Below, piece after piece: positions 1-7,708 of a stretch of DNA of 41,007 nucleotides. Every line of letters starts with the position of its first letter. Within the stretch, counting starts at the first letter, position 1. Source of the DNA: Verrucomicrobia bacterium UBA1211 (GTDB taxonomy: Bacteria > Verrucomicrobiota > Kiritimatiellia > RFP12 > UBA1067); contig DBXN01000085.1 in the NCBI GenBank assembly GCA_002309585.1, forward strand, positions 312 to 41,318. Reading direction: 5' to 3'. The notes under the pieces were generated by a model. It made no database searches and was not told the origin of the DNA. It worked only from the letters and a program-made list of their open reading frames with translations. Made by a program: the position numbers and the translations under genes.

Positions 1-614
1 TCTTTCTCCACGAAGGGATAGTGCTGGGCGATCTCCCATTGGGAGTCATAGAGATAGGGGTTGGTCTTGTCGTCCTTCTTACGCTTCGAGTCGCCAAAGG
101 TTTTATTGTCAGCCTCAATCGCAGTCAGCCAGCCTCCGGAGATATCGGCCAGAACGTCGTAGGTCTGAACGGTGTAGGTGACACGCACCTTGCCGTCCTT
201 GATGTCGAGGCGAATCACTGGCGAAATACTCACCGAATACTTCTTCACCGTGCCTGTGTGGCGGGCAATGTCGATAATCGGGGCGGTGATGATGATGCAA
301 CCAGCCTCCTTGTCGTTGAGCGTAATCGACTGGTGGTCTTGAAACGTGGCCGTAGCCCAATAGTTCAGTGCCACATAGAGTTGTTGCTTCGTCTTTCCGG
401 GTGCCTCTATGACCTGCTGATAGGTGAGCGACTGGTTCTTGTCAAGCGTCAGGGTACTTGCGAGGTTGGCAGCTGCGTCGAGCCATTTCTCGCCATACTT
501 CTGCTTGGCATATTTTTCCAAATCGGCAGTCTTCATGACCTGAGCCTGAATCTGAAGCGACAGGCCGATGCCTGCCAGGACAGACAGTACAATAATTCTT
601 ATTGTCCTTTTCAT
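1..614 (-). CDS. Secreted DUF4468-like protein, runs off the window start
   Basis: Not in the ORF track because there is no stop in the window. Manual translation from ATG at 614: MKRTIRIIVLSVLAGIGLSLQIQAQVMKTADLEKYAK...LTYQQVIEAPGKTKQQLYVALNYWA...LNDKEAGCII...IRLDIKDGKVRVTY. Signal peptide and motifs resemble Bacteroidales DUF4468 proteins. Confidence 0.75.
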   Translation of the reverse strand, partial: MKRTIRIIVLSVLAGIGLSLQIQAQVMKTADLEKYAKQKYGEKWLDAAANLASTLTLDKNQSLTYQQVIEAPGKTKQQLYVALNYWATATFQDHQSITLNDKEAGCIIITAPIIDIARHTGTVKKYSVSISPVIRLDIKDGKVRVTYTVQTYDVLADISGGWLTAIEADNKTFGDSKRKKDDKTNPYLYDSQWEIAQHYPFVEK

Positions 615-668
615 TATTGTTTCGTTTTTTTTGTGAATAATCTATGTCATCTATCACATTATTATCTG

Positions 669-699
669 CAAAGGTACAAAAAAATCATAATGGGACAAA
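669..699 (-). promoter_or_regulatory. Bacteroidota sigmaA promoter for the DUF4468-like gene
   Basis: Minus strand TTTG (696-699), 19 nt spacer, TACCTTTG (669-676); matches TTTG-N19-21-TAnnTTTG. Confidence 0.75.
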
Positions 700-719
700 G
701 GAAAGTTCAATTATTTTTG

Positions 720-727
720 TATCTTTG
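720..727 (+). promoter_or_regulatory. Bacteroidota -7 promoter element for rluA
   Basis: TATCTTTG ~48 nt upstream of ATG 775 in an AT-rich divergent spacer. Confidence 0.7.
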
Positions 728-774
728 CCCACGATTTACCGAAAGGAGAGTGAGTATTATCCATTTATAGCAAC

Positions 775-1437
775 ATGAAAGTCATCTACGAGGACAACCG
801 AATCATCATTGTTTCAAAGGAGAGCGGCGAAATAGTCCAGGGCGACAAGACAGGAGACGAGGCGCTCAGCGAGACCCTGAAGCGTTTCATCGCGCAGCGC
901 GACGGCAAGCCGGGCCACGTCTTTATGGGAGTTCCCCACCGCCTCGACCGCCCCGTCAGCGGCGTCACACTTTTCGCCAAGACCAGCAAGTGTCTGGAAA
1001 GGATGAACGAAGCCTTCCGCGACGGCAGCGTCCACAAGACCTACTGGGCACTTACCTGCGCCGCTCCGAATCCTGCCGAAGGAGAGCTGAAGCACTGGCT
1101 GGTGCGCAACGAGAAGCAGAACAAGTCGTATGCAAGCCTTCAGGAGAAACCAGGTTCCAAGGAAGCCAGGTTGAGATACAAGCTGCTGAAGTCGTTCGAC
1201 CGATATCATCTTGTGGAAGTGGAACTGCTCACCGGCCGGCACCACCAGATCCGATGCCAGCTCTCGGCCATAGGCTGCTGCATCAAAGGCGATTTGAAAT
1301 ACGGCGCACCCCGCTCCAACAAAGACGGCGGCATCTGCCTGCACGCGCGCAGCATAAGCTTCACGCATCCTACGCGGAAGGAAGAAATCTCGGTGACAGC
1401 TCCTGTGAGCTGGCCTCCTTTTATCGAAGAGCTTTAG
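775..1437 (+). CDS. RluA/RluD-family RNA pseudouridine synthase
   Basis: HRLDRPVSG catalytic Asp motif, TGRHHQIR, GDLKYG, LHA. Confidence 0.95.
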   Translation: MKVIYEDNRIIIVSKESGEIVQGDKTGDEALSETLKRFIAQRDGKPGHVFMGVPHRLDRPVSGVTLFAKTSKCLERMNEAFRDGSVHKTYWALTCAAPNPAEGELKHWLVRNEKQNKSYASLQEKPGSKEARLRYKLLKSFDRYHLVEVELLTGRHHQIRCQLSAIGCCIKGDLKYGAPRSNKDGGICLHARSISFTHPTRKEEISVTAPVSWPPFIEEL

Positions 1438-2297
1438 TCGAAAATCACAGTTTTGTTGCGGAACACCAGGATCTTGCGGTCGATGTGCTTCACGACTGCA
1501 CGGGAGAGGACTATCTTCTCCAGGTCGCGGCCTTTGCTGACGAGGGTTTCCACGCTGTCTTTGTGGGTGATGCGGGCCACGTCCTGCTCGATGATGGGGC
1601 CTGCGTCAAGCTCGGCGTTGACATAGTGGCTGGTGGCACCGATGATCTTGACTCCGCGCTCGTAGGCTTGATGATAAGGCTTGGCGCCGATGAAGGCGGG
1701 CAGGAAGGAGTGGTGGATGTTGATGATCTTGTTGGGATAGCTGGCGATCATATCGTCGCTGATGACCTGCATATAGCGGGCAAGGACTATGAAGGTGACT
1801 CCGTTTTCCTTGAGAAGCTTGAGCTCGGCGGCCTCCTGGGCGGCCTTGTTCTCGGGAGTGATGGGGAACACGTGGAAAGGTATCCCGAACTGCTCCGCTA
1901 TCGGGCGCAGGTCCTCGTGATTGCTTATTATGAGCGGAATGTCGACATTCCATTCGCCTGCAGAATATCTGGCAAGCATATCGTAGAGGCAGTGCGACAT
2001 CTTGGACACAAATATGGCCATACGAGGCTTCTGGTCGGTGAAGTACAGCCAGAACTCCATCCCGTATTTGTTGGCGTAGAGGGTCTGGAAATACTCGCCG
2101 ATGCGGTCCTTGGGGATGAGGAACTTTTCGAGCTGCCATTCGATCCTCATAAAGAAGGCGTTCGCGCGATGGTCCACGTGCTGGTCGAGGTTGACGATGT
2201 TACCTTTGTTGACGGTGATGAAATTGGTGATTTCCGCTATGATGCCAGGAGTGTCCTGACAGTGGATCAGCAGAATTGCGTTACCTTGGTTGTCCAT
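1434..2297 (-). CDS. purU: Formyltetrahydrofolate deformylase
   Basis: N-terminal ACT domain (CQDTPGII), LARYMQ, INIHHSFLPAFIGAKPY, GATSHYV, DAGPIIEQ. Start at MDNQG (2297) lies downstream of the promoter element. Confidence 0.95.
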   Translation of the reverse strand: MDNQGNAILLIHCQDTPGIIAEITNFITVNKGNIVNLDQHVDHRANAFFMRIEWQLEKFLIPKDRIGEYFQTLYANKYGMEFWLYFTDQKPRMAIFVSKMSHCLYDMLARYSAGEWNVDIPLIISNHEDLRPIAEQFGIPFHVFPITPENKAAQEAAELKLLKENGVTFIVLARYMQVISDDMIASYPNKIINIHHSFLPAFIGAKPYHQAYERGVKIIGATSHYVNAELDAGPIIEQDVARITHKDSVETLVSKGRDLEKIVLSRAVVKHIDRKILVFRNKTVIFD

Positions 2298-2327
2298 ATT
2301 CCTCTGTTTCGCTTGTATGTCAGGCCG

Positions 2328-2335
2328 CAAAATTA
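2328..2335 (-). promoter_or_regulatory. Bacteroidota -7 promoter element for purU
   Basis: Minus strand TAATTTTG 30 nt upstream of the purU ATG. Confidence 0.65.
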
Positions 2336-2406
2336 CATTTTTTTTCGATTGTAAGGAGAGTGTCTGCCATTTTGTCGCACCGGCTGCCGATGGCAAACAA
2401 TTTGTG

Positions 2407-2414
2407 TATCTTTG
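2407..2414 (+). promoter_or_regulatory. Bacteroidota -7 promoter element for grpE-dnaJ
   Basis: TATCTTTG 21 nt upstream of ATG 2436. Confidence 0.7.
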
Positions 2415-2435
2415 CGCAGCTTTAAACAAGGTATT

Positions 2436-3023
2436 ATGAAAAAGAAACATAACGAACACAAAAACGAAGAGGAACAGCGTCCAGCAGCAGGCCAGGAGGC
2501 TCCTCAGGAAGAATCGAAGGAACAGACGGATCAGAAGCAGGACGAAGAACCTGCAGCAGAGCAGTCTTCGATGCAGGAGATGAAAGACCTTCAGGACAAG
2601 TTGGCAGAGGCCAATGACAGATATCTGCGTCTCGCAGCGGAGTTTGACAATTAACGCCGCCGCAGCGCGAAGGAGCGTATGGACTTGATATCGTTGGCCA
2701 ATGAGAACCTGGTGAAGGATATGCTTCCCATTGTAGACGATTTCGAAAGGGCGATTGCAGCAATGAAGGAATCAGATGACGCCGCTTCCGCCAAGGAAGG
2801 TGTCGAACTGATTTACAACAAAGTGACTGCTTTCCTCAAGAAGAACGGCGTCAAGGAGATCGAGGCTGTCGGCAAAGACTTCGACACTGATTTCCACGAG
2901 GCTGTGGCTCAGTTCCCGGTACAGGAAGAAGACAAGAAAAACAAAGTAATCGACGTCACCCAGAAGGGCTATACTATGGGTGAGAAAGTCATTAGATATG
3001 CCAAGGTTGTGACAGGTGTCTAA
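2436..3023 (+). pseudogene. grpE: Nucleotide exchange factor GrpE interrupted by one in-frame TAA (2652-2654); nonsense allele or sequence error
   Basis: Reads ...YLRLAAEFDN*RRRSAKERMDL...LPIVDDFERA...FDTDFHEAV...QKGY...VIRYAKVV in a single frame. The stop sits where GrpE has F/Y in (E/D)F(D/E)N(Y/F)RRR. Confidence 0.9.
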
Positions 3024-3043
3024 TCTTTGGCAAGGAGGCTTAT

Positions 3044-4228
3044 ATGGCAGAGAAAAGAGATTATTACGAGGTCCTCGGCGTATCCAAAACCGCCTCGAAG
3101 GATGAGATCAAAAAGGCTTACCGCAAACTGGCGATGCAGTACCACCCCGACCGCAACCAGGGGAACAAGGAGGCGGAGGAGAAATTCAAGGAGATCTGCG
3201 AGGCTTACGAAGTTTTGAGCGATGACCAGAAACGGCAGCGGTATGACCAGTTCGGCCACGCAGGCAACAACTTCGGGCCCGGCGGATTCGATTTCGGCCG
3301 CGACTTCTCGCACGGACAGGATTTTGATCTTCAGGATATCTTTGGGGCGTTTTTCGGTGGCGGCGGGTTCAGCGATTTCTTCGGCGGCGGACAACGCCAT
3401 TCCCACGACCCGAACGGGCCGCAGCGGGGCAACGACCTGCGGTTCGATTTGGAGATCGATTTCGAGGAGGCGCTGTTCGGTTCCACCCGGATGGTTGACC
3501 TCAACATCAACGGTGAGTGCCCGACCTGCCACGGGACAGGTTCGGACCGGGGATCGTCGCGGGAAACCTGCAAGCAATGCGGCGGCCGAGGCTATGTTGT
3601 CGCGGGCGGCGGAATCTTCCAGATCCGTCAGACCTGTCCGGTCTGCCACGGCGAGGGTTCCATCATCCGCAACCCCTGTAAGAGCTGCCGGGGAACCGGA
3701 CAGGTCAAAAAGCCGTGCCACATTTCGTTGCGGATTCCGCGCGGGGTCGAGACCGGATCGCGCCTGCGGCTGGCGGGGAAGGGTGAAAGCGGCCTGAGGG
3801 GTGGCCCGGCGGGCGACCTGCATGTGGTCCTGCACGTCCGGGAGAGCGACCTGTTCGAGCGGCAGGATGACGATCTGATCTGCCGGATCTTCGTCTCGCC
3901 GGTGACAGCGGCGTTGGGCGGCGACATCGAGGTGCCGACCCCGGACGGGAATGCCCGGCTGAAACTCCCCGCCGGCACCACCAACGGCAAGGTGCTCCGG
4001 TTGCGCGGCAAAGGCATGCCCCGACTGAACGGTGGGGTCGGAGACCTTCACGTGCAGATCATCTTCGAGGTGCCGGACCACCTCTCCGCCAAGCAAAAGA
4101 GCCTGCTGGAGCAATTTGCGGAAACCTGTTCCGATGCCAACTTCCCGCAAAAGAAGAAGCAGGACAGCGAAGCCGCGTCCTTCTTCAAGCGCCGCGATGC
4201 GTTGCGGGAACAGAACGAGAAGGCTTAA
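3044..4228 (+). CDS. dnaJ: Chaperone DnaJ (probably chimeric at its 5' end)
   Basis: J domain with HPD, G/F-rich linker, four CxxCxGxG zinc-finger repeats, C-terminal domain. Confidence 0.97.
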   Translation: MAEKRDYYEVLGVSKTASKDEIKKAYRKLAMQYHPDRNQGNKEAEEKFKEICEAYEVLSDDQKRQRYDQFGHAGNNFGPGGFDFGRDFSHGQDFDLQDIFGAFFGGGGFSDFFGGGQRHSHDPNGPQRGNDLRFDLEIDFEEALFGSTRMVDLNINGECPTCHGTGSDRGSSRETCKQCGGRGYVVAGGGIFQIRQTCPVCHGEGSIIRNPCKSCRGTGQVKKPCHISLRIPRGVETGSRLRLAGKGESGLRGGPAGDLHVVLHVRESDLFERQDDDLICRIFVSPVTAALGGDIEVPTPDGNARLKLPAGTTNGKVLRLRGKGMPRLNGGVGDLHVQIIFEVPDHLSAKQKSLLEQFAETCSDANFPQKKKQDSEAASFFKRRDALREQNEKA

Positions 4229-4230
4229 CT

Positions 4231-4968
4231 ATGCACCGTTGCCTCATCCCCACCGCATCGATCCTTGAAGAGACATGCGCGCTGGACCGGGAATCGGCGC
4301 GCCATCTGCAGACGGTTCTGCGGGTTCAGCCGGGTGACGTCGTCCAGCTTTTTGACGGCGCCGGACGGGCGCGGCTGGCGAAGGTGGAGACGGCATCGCG
4401 AAACGGCATTACCTTCACGGCGGCAGAACCGCTGTTCACCGCCCCCCGCCCCGCCACCCGCGTCACGCTCTTCGCCTGCGTGAGCAAGGGCAAGCGGATG
4501 GATTGGACCATCGAGAAGGCGGTCGAACTGGGGATCAGCCGGATCGTACCGGTGCTCTCGGCGCACACGGTCGTGAAGATCCCTCCGGAAGAACGGGAGG
4601 CGAAAACCGAACGGTGGCAACGGATCGCCGAGGAGGCGATGCGCCAATCCTGCTCATTCTGGTGCCCGGAGATTCTCCCGCCCGTGAAGTTCGGGGAGTC
4701 GCTTGAACTCGTGGCGCAGTCGCAGCCGGTCTTTGTGGGCGCACTCACCCCCGACGCCGAACCGTTCCGGACGGCGCTCAACCGCTATCCGAAAGCCCCG
4801 GAAAACGCGGGGTGGTATGTCGGCCCCGAAGGGGACTTTTCGCCGGAGGAACTGGATGCCCTGCGCCAGGCGGGAACGGTGCCGGTCAGCCTCGGGCCGA
4901 CCGTCCTCCGTGCCGAAACCGCATGCCTCTACGGGCTTTGCGTCTTGAATTGCGCGTTCTGCCGTTGA
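4231..4968 (+). CDS. rsmE: 16S rRNA m3U1498 methyltransferase
   Basis: HLQTVLR, KAVELG, VGPEGDFS, SLGPTVLRAETA. Confidence 0.95.
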   Translation: MHRCLIPTASILEETCALDRESARHLQTVLRVQPGDVVQLFDGAGRARLAKVETASRNGITFTAAEPLFTAPRPATRVTLFACVSKGKRMDWTIEKAVELGISRIVPVLSAHTVVKIPPEEREAKTERWQRIAEEAMRQSCSFWCPEILPPVKFGESLELVAQSQPVFVGALTPDAEPFRTALNRYPKAPENAGWYVGPEGDFSPEELDALRQAGTVPVSLGPTVLRAETACLYGLCVLNCAFCR

Positions 4969-5059
4969 GAGTTGAGTTTTTGATACGCGACAAGTGGACG
5001 ACATCCGACACTCGTCACCCGTCACTCCCCACACCGTTTCCGCAAGCGCGGGCGTAGGC

Positions 5060-6280
5060 TTAATCCAAGGTGTGGATCAAAAGCCCGGAACGGAGTTTCG
5101 GTTCAAACCAGGTGCTCTTCGGGGGCATAATCTGTCCCGCGTCTGCAATGTCGATCATCTGGCTAACCGTGACGGGATACATCGCGAAAGCGACCTGATC
5201 CCGTCCGGAATCGACCCGCTTCACCAGTTCCCCGGTTCCCCGGATCCCGCCGATGAATGAGATACGCGTATCGGTCCGGGGATCCTCAATGCCGAGCACC
5301 GGAGCCAACAGACGATCCTGCAGGACACTCACATCCAGACGCCCGACAGGATCGCTTTCAAACGCATCCCACTTGAGGCTGTACCATTTCCCGGCGAGGT
5401 ACATCCGGACCTCGCGAGGACCTTCCGGATCGGGGGAATCAACCGCCTCTGTCGTGAAGATCGCGCGGACCTTCGCCAGATAGGCTTCGGGTGTCATGCC
5501 GTTCAGATCCGCCACACACCGGTTGTACGGGAGAATCCGGAGTTGTGTCTCAGGAAAGAGCACGGCGAGGAACCAGTTGTATTCCTCCCCGCCGGTATGG
5601 GCGGGATTCTCCGCCTTACGCGCCAGACTGGAACGGAACGCGGCGGCGGCGCGGTGATGGCCGTCCGCGACATAGGCGAACGGAACCTGGTCGAAATCGG
5701 CAACCCAATCCTGCACATCATCCGTCACCATCCAGACCGTGTGCCGGACACCGTCCGCCGCGGTGAAATCATACAGCGGCGCCGTCGCCTGTACGGCGGC
5801 GACCTTGGCGTCGATCACGGCACGGTCGCGGTATGTCAGGAACACCGGCCCCGTATTGGCATTGAGTCCGAGACAGTGGCGCGTCCGGTCGTCCTCCTTG
5901 TCACGGCGGGTTTTCTCATGGCGGCGAATCACATTGTTCGCGTAATCCTCCGTGGCGCAACAGGCCACGATCCCGGTCTGGCTGTGGTCGCCCATGACCT
6001 GCCGGTAGAGGTACAGCCGGGGGGCCGTCTCACGGATCAGCACCCCGCGATCCTGAAGATCCTGAAAGGCGGCGACGCCTTGGTCGTAAACCCGGTCATC
6101 ATAGATATCGACCGTATCGGGGAGATCAATCTCCGGGCGGGAGACGTGTAGAAAGCTGTCGGGGTTGCCCTCCGCCAACACACGGGCCTCCCGCGTATCG
6201 ACCACATCATACGGAACGGAAGCCACGGACGAGACCTTCTCGGGAACGGGACGGAGCGCGCAAAACGGTTTAATCTTCAT
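5060..6280 (-). CDS. DUF1015 family protein
   Basis: PYDVV, IRRHEKTRRDKEDDR, YVADGHHRAA, MPPKSTWFEPKLRSGL. Confidence 0.9.
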   Translation of the reverse strand: MKIKPFCALRPVPEKVSSVASVPYDVVDTREARVLAEGNPDSFLHVSRPEIDLPDTVDIYDDRVYDQGVAAFQDLQDRGVLIRETAPRLYLYRQVMGDHSQTGIVACCATEDYANNVIRRHEKTRRDKEDDRTRHCLGLNANTGPVFLTYRDRAVIDAKVAAVQATAPLYDFTAADGVRHTVWMVTDDVQDWVADFDQVPFAYVADGHHRAAAAFRSSLARKAENPAHTGGEEYNWFLAVLFPETQLRILPYNRCVADLNGMTPEAYLAKVRAIFTTEAVDSPDPEGPREVRMYLAGKWYSLKWDAFESDPVGRLDVSVLQDRLLAPVLGIEDPRTDTRISFIGGIRGTGELVKRVDSGRDQVAFAMYPVTVSQMIDIADAGQIMPPKSTWFEPKLRSGLLIHTLD

Positions 6281-6296
6281 AGTCTGTATCCTATTG

Positions 6297-6328
6297 AAAA
6301 AAGAGCCCGCAATGCTTCCATTGCGGGC
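6297..6328 (-). terminator. Intrinsic terminator-like hairpin after the 6371-6883 gene
   Basis: GCCCGCAATG/CATTGCGGGC perfect 10-bp stem, 4-nt loop, followed by TCTTTTTT on the minus strand. Confidence 0.65.
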
Positions 6329-6370
6329 CGAAACAAAGCATCTGAATTCCGGAAATATGAGACGGAACGA

Positions 6371-6883
6371 TTAGAAACCCACGTTGACAATCGGCATGAA
6401 CGGCGTGCAACCGCTGCGGTTGACGTTGATGAGCCCCACCTGGAACCCATACAGATCCTCACTCCGATTGATGATCCCGATCTGGAAACCGGTCACACGG
6501 TCACCCACGTTCACAAGGCCCGCCTGAAGACCGCAAAGCGAACCGCACTCATTCCAAAGACCCGTCTGGAGGCCCAGGCAATCCCCGCGGCCAACCGAGT
6601 TGTAGCAACCGATCTGCCAACCGGCCAGCACATCCGTCACGTCATTGCGAAGCAGGTTGAGCTGGATTCCGTTATAGGTAGCCGAACGACCGATGAACCC
6701 CAAGACATCCAAACCGGTCATCTGATCGCACTGCCCCGAGAACCAGTTCACACGAAGCCCGATCACATCCACGTCGTCAACATCATTAAAGGCGAACCAA
6801 ACCGGCCACCGGGTGTTCTCCGCCGCAGACGCGCCAAAAATCATCGACCCGACCAACACCAAACCCAACAGCATTTTCTTCAT
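6371..6883 (-). CDS. Secreted LA_2272-like repeat protein
   Basis: Signal peptide MKKMLLGLVLVGSMIFGASAA; repeated GxQxGxxN units (GWQIGCYN, GLQTGLWN, GLQAGLVN, GFQIGIIN, GFQVGLIN); C-terminal PIVNVGF. Confidence 0.8.
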   Translation of the reverse strand: MKKMLLGLVLVGSMIFGASAAENTRWPVWFAFNDVDDVDVIGLRVNWFSGQCDQMTGLDVLGFIGRSATYNGIQLNLLRNDVTDVLAGWQIGCYNSVGRGDCLGLQTGLWNECGSLCGLQAGLVNVGDRVTGFQIGIINRSEDLYGFQVGLINVNRSGCTPFMPIVNVGF

Positions 6884-6984
6884 GGACAGCAACCCCTTTT
6901 TTCGGCCGATTTCCACCGGCGCAACGCTTCGTTTCCATCTCCTGACCCCCTATCCACAGGGCTAATCAGGCGTAATTGGGGAAT

Positions 6985-7013
6985 AATATACCCCATTTTC
7001 CCTCCCAATGCAA
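6985..7013 (-). promoter_or_regulatory. sigma70-type promoter for the LA_2272-like gene
   Basis: Minus strand TTGCAT-17 nt-TATATT. Confidence 0.55.
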
Positions 7014-7063
7014 ACATGAGATACAAAAAAAAGTCGGAAAAGTAACGGACCGGCGGGTAACGG

Positions 7064-7645
7064 CTATTCGCGCGTATCCGTGAAAACGGCGGGAAGGTTC
7101 GCCCGGAGCCAATCGCGGACGGGATCCGCCGGAAGTCCCATGATGTTGGAATAGGAACCTTGATAGCCGTCGATGAGCAACGCGCCGTTCTCGTCGATAT
7201 CATACGCCCCGGCCCGGTCCAGCGGTCGCGTCAGCCGCAGATAATCCAGAATCGTCCGTTCATCCAGCCGCTTGAAACGGACGGAGGAGGCTTCCACGCG
7301 AATCTCGGGCGCACGACCCGGAAGAATCAGCGCGAGACCGGTGTAGACGATCTGCGTACGCCCCGAGAAGTCCCGCAGGAAAGCGGCCGCCTCGTCACAG
7401 TCGCGGGGTTTTCCGATCAGCCGCCCCTCGAACCAGACCAGCGTATCCGCGGCGATGATCGCGCAGTCGGGGTGTTTCCTTTGACACGCCGCAGCCTTCG
7501 CCGCCGCATTCACCGCCACCGTGCCAACCGGATCGGAAGAATCGACGATCTCGTCCGCATCGGCCGGTTCCACGTGAAACGCGATCCCCAACCCCTCCAA
7601 TATCTTCCGCCGTCTCGGCGATCCTGAAGCCAATATCACATCCAT
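7064..7645 (-). CDS. maf: Maf-family nucleoside triphosphate pyrophosphatase
   Basis: ILASGSPRR, IIAADTLV, GKP, DRAGAY, GSYSNIMGLP. Confidence 0.92.
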   Translation of the reverse strand: MDVILASGSPRRRKILEGLGIAFHVEPADADEIVDSSDPVGTVAVNAAAKAAACQRKHPDCAIIAADTLVWFEGRLIGKPRDCDEAAAFLRDFSGRTQIVYTGLALILPGRAPEIRVEASSVRFKRLDERTILDYLRLTRPLDRAGAYDIDENGALLIDGYQGSYSNIMGLPADPVRDWLRANLPAVFTDTRE

Positions 7646-7708
7646 CCCGCAACCCCCTGCATAACAACGTTGAGCGTTTCGGATTGAGAGGTCATTCGAC
7701 CTTCGCCT

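Noticed and set aside
21-770. 249-aa plus-strand ORF
   Set aside because: Codon-aligned antisense shadow of the DUF4468-like gene; it also runs through the promoter region.
700-775. Second junction between the DUF4468-like gene and rluA
   Set aside because: Both sides carry Bacteroidota promoters in a normal divergent layout; nothing in the sequence supports a break.
990-2354. 454-aa plus-strand ORF and other long antisense ORFs (3020-4150, 7931-9103, 21062-23350, 27921-29387, 30294-32840, 34420-36264)
   Set aside because: They overlap clearly recognisable genes on the other strand or frame, carry no motifs, and are expected shadows in GC-rich DNA.
2652-2654. Stop-codon reassignment or programmed readthrough in grpE
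   Set aside because: TAA terminates neighbouring genes normally and no other in-frame stops were seen; one event fits a point change or error.
6884-6980. Riboswitch in the leader of the LA_2272-like gene
   Set aside because: Hairpins are present (CCTGA/TCAGG) but I could not match any known aptamer consensus.
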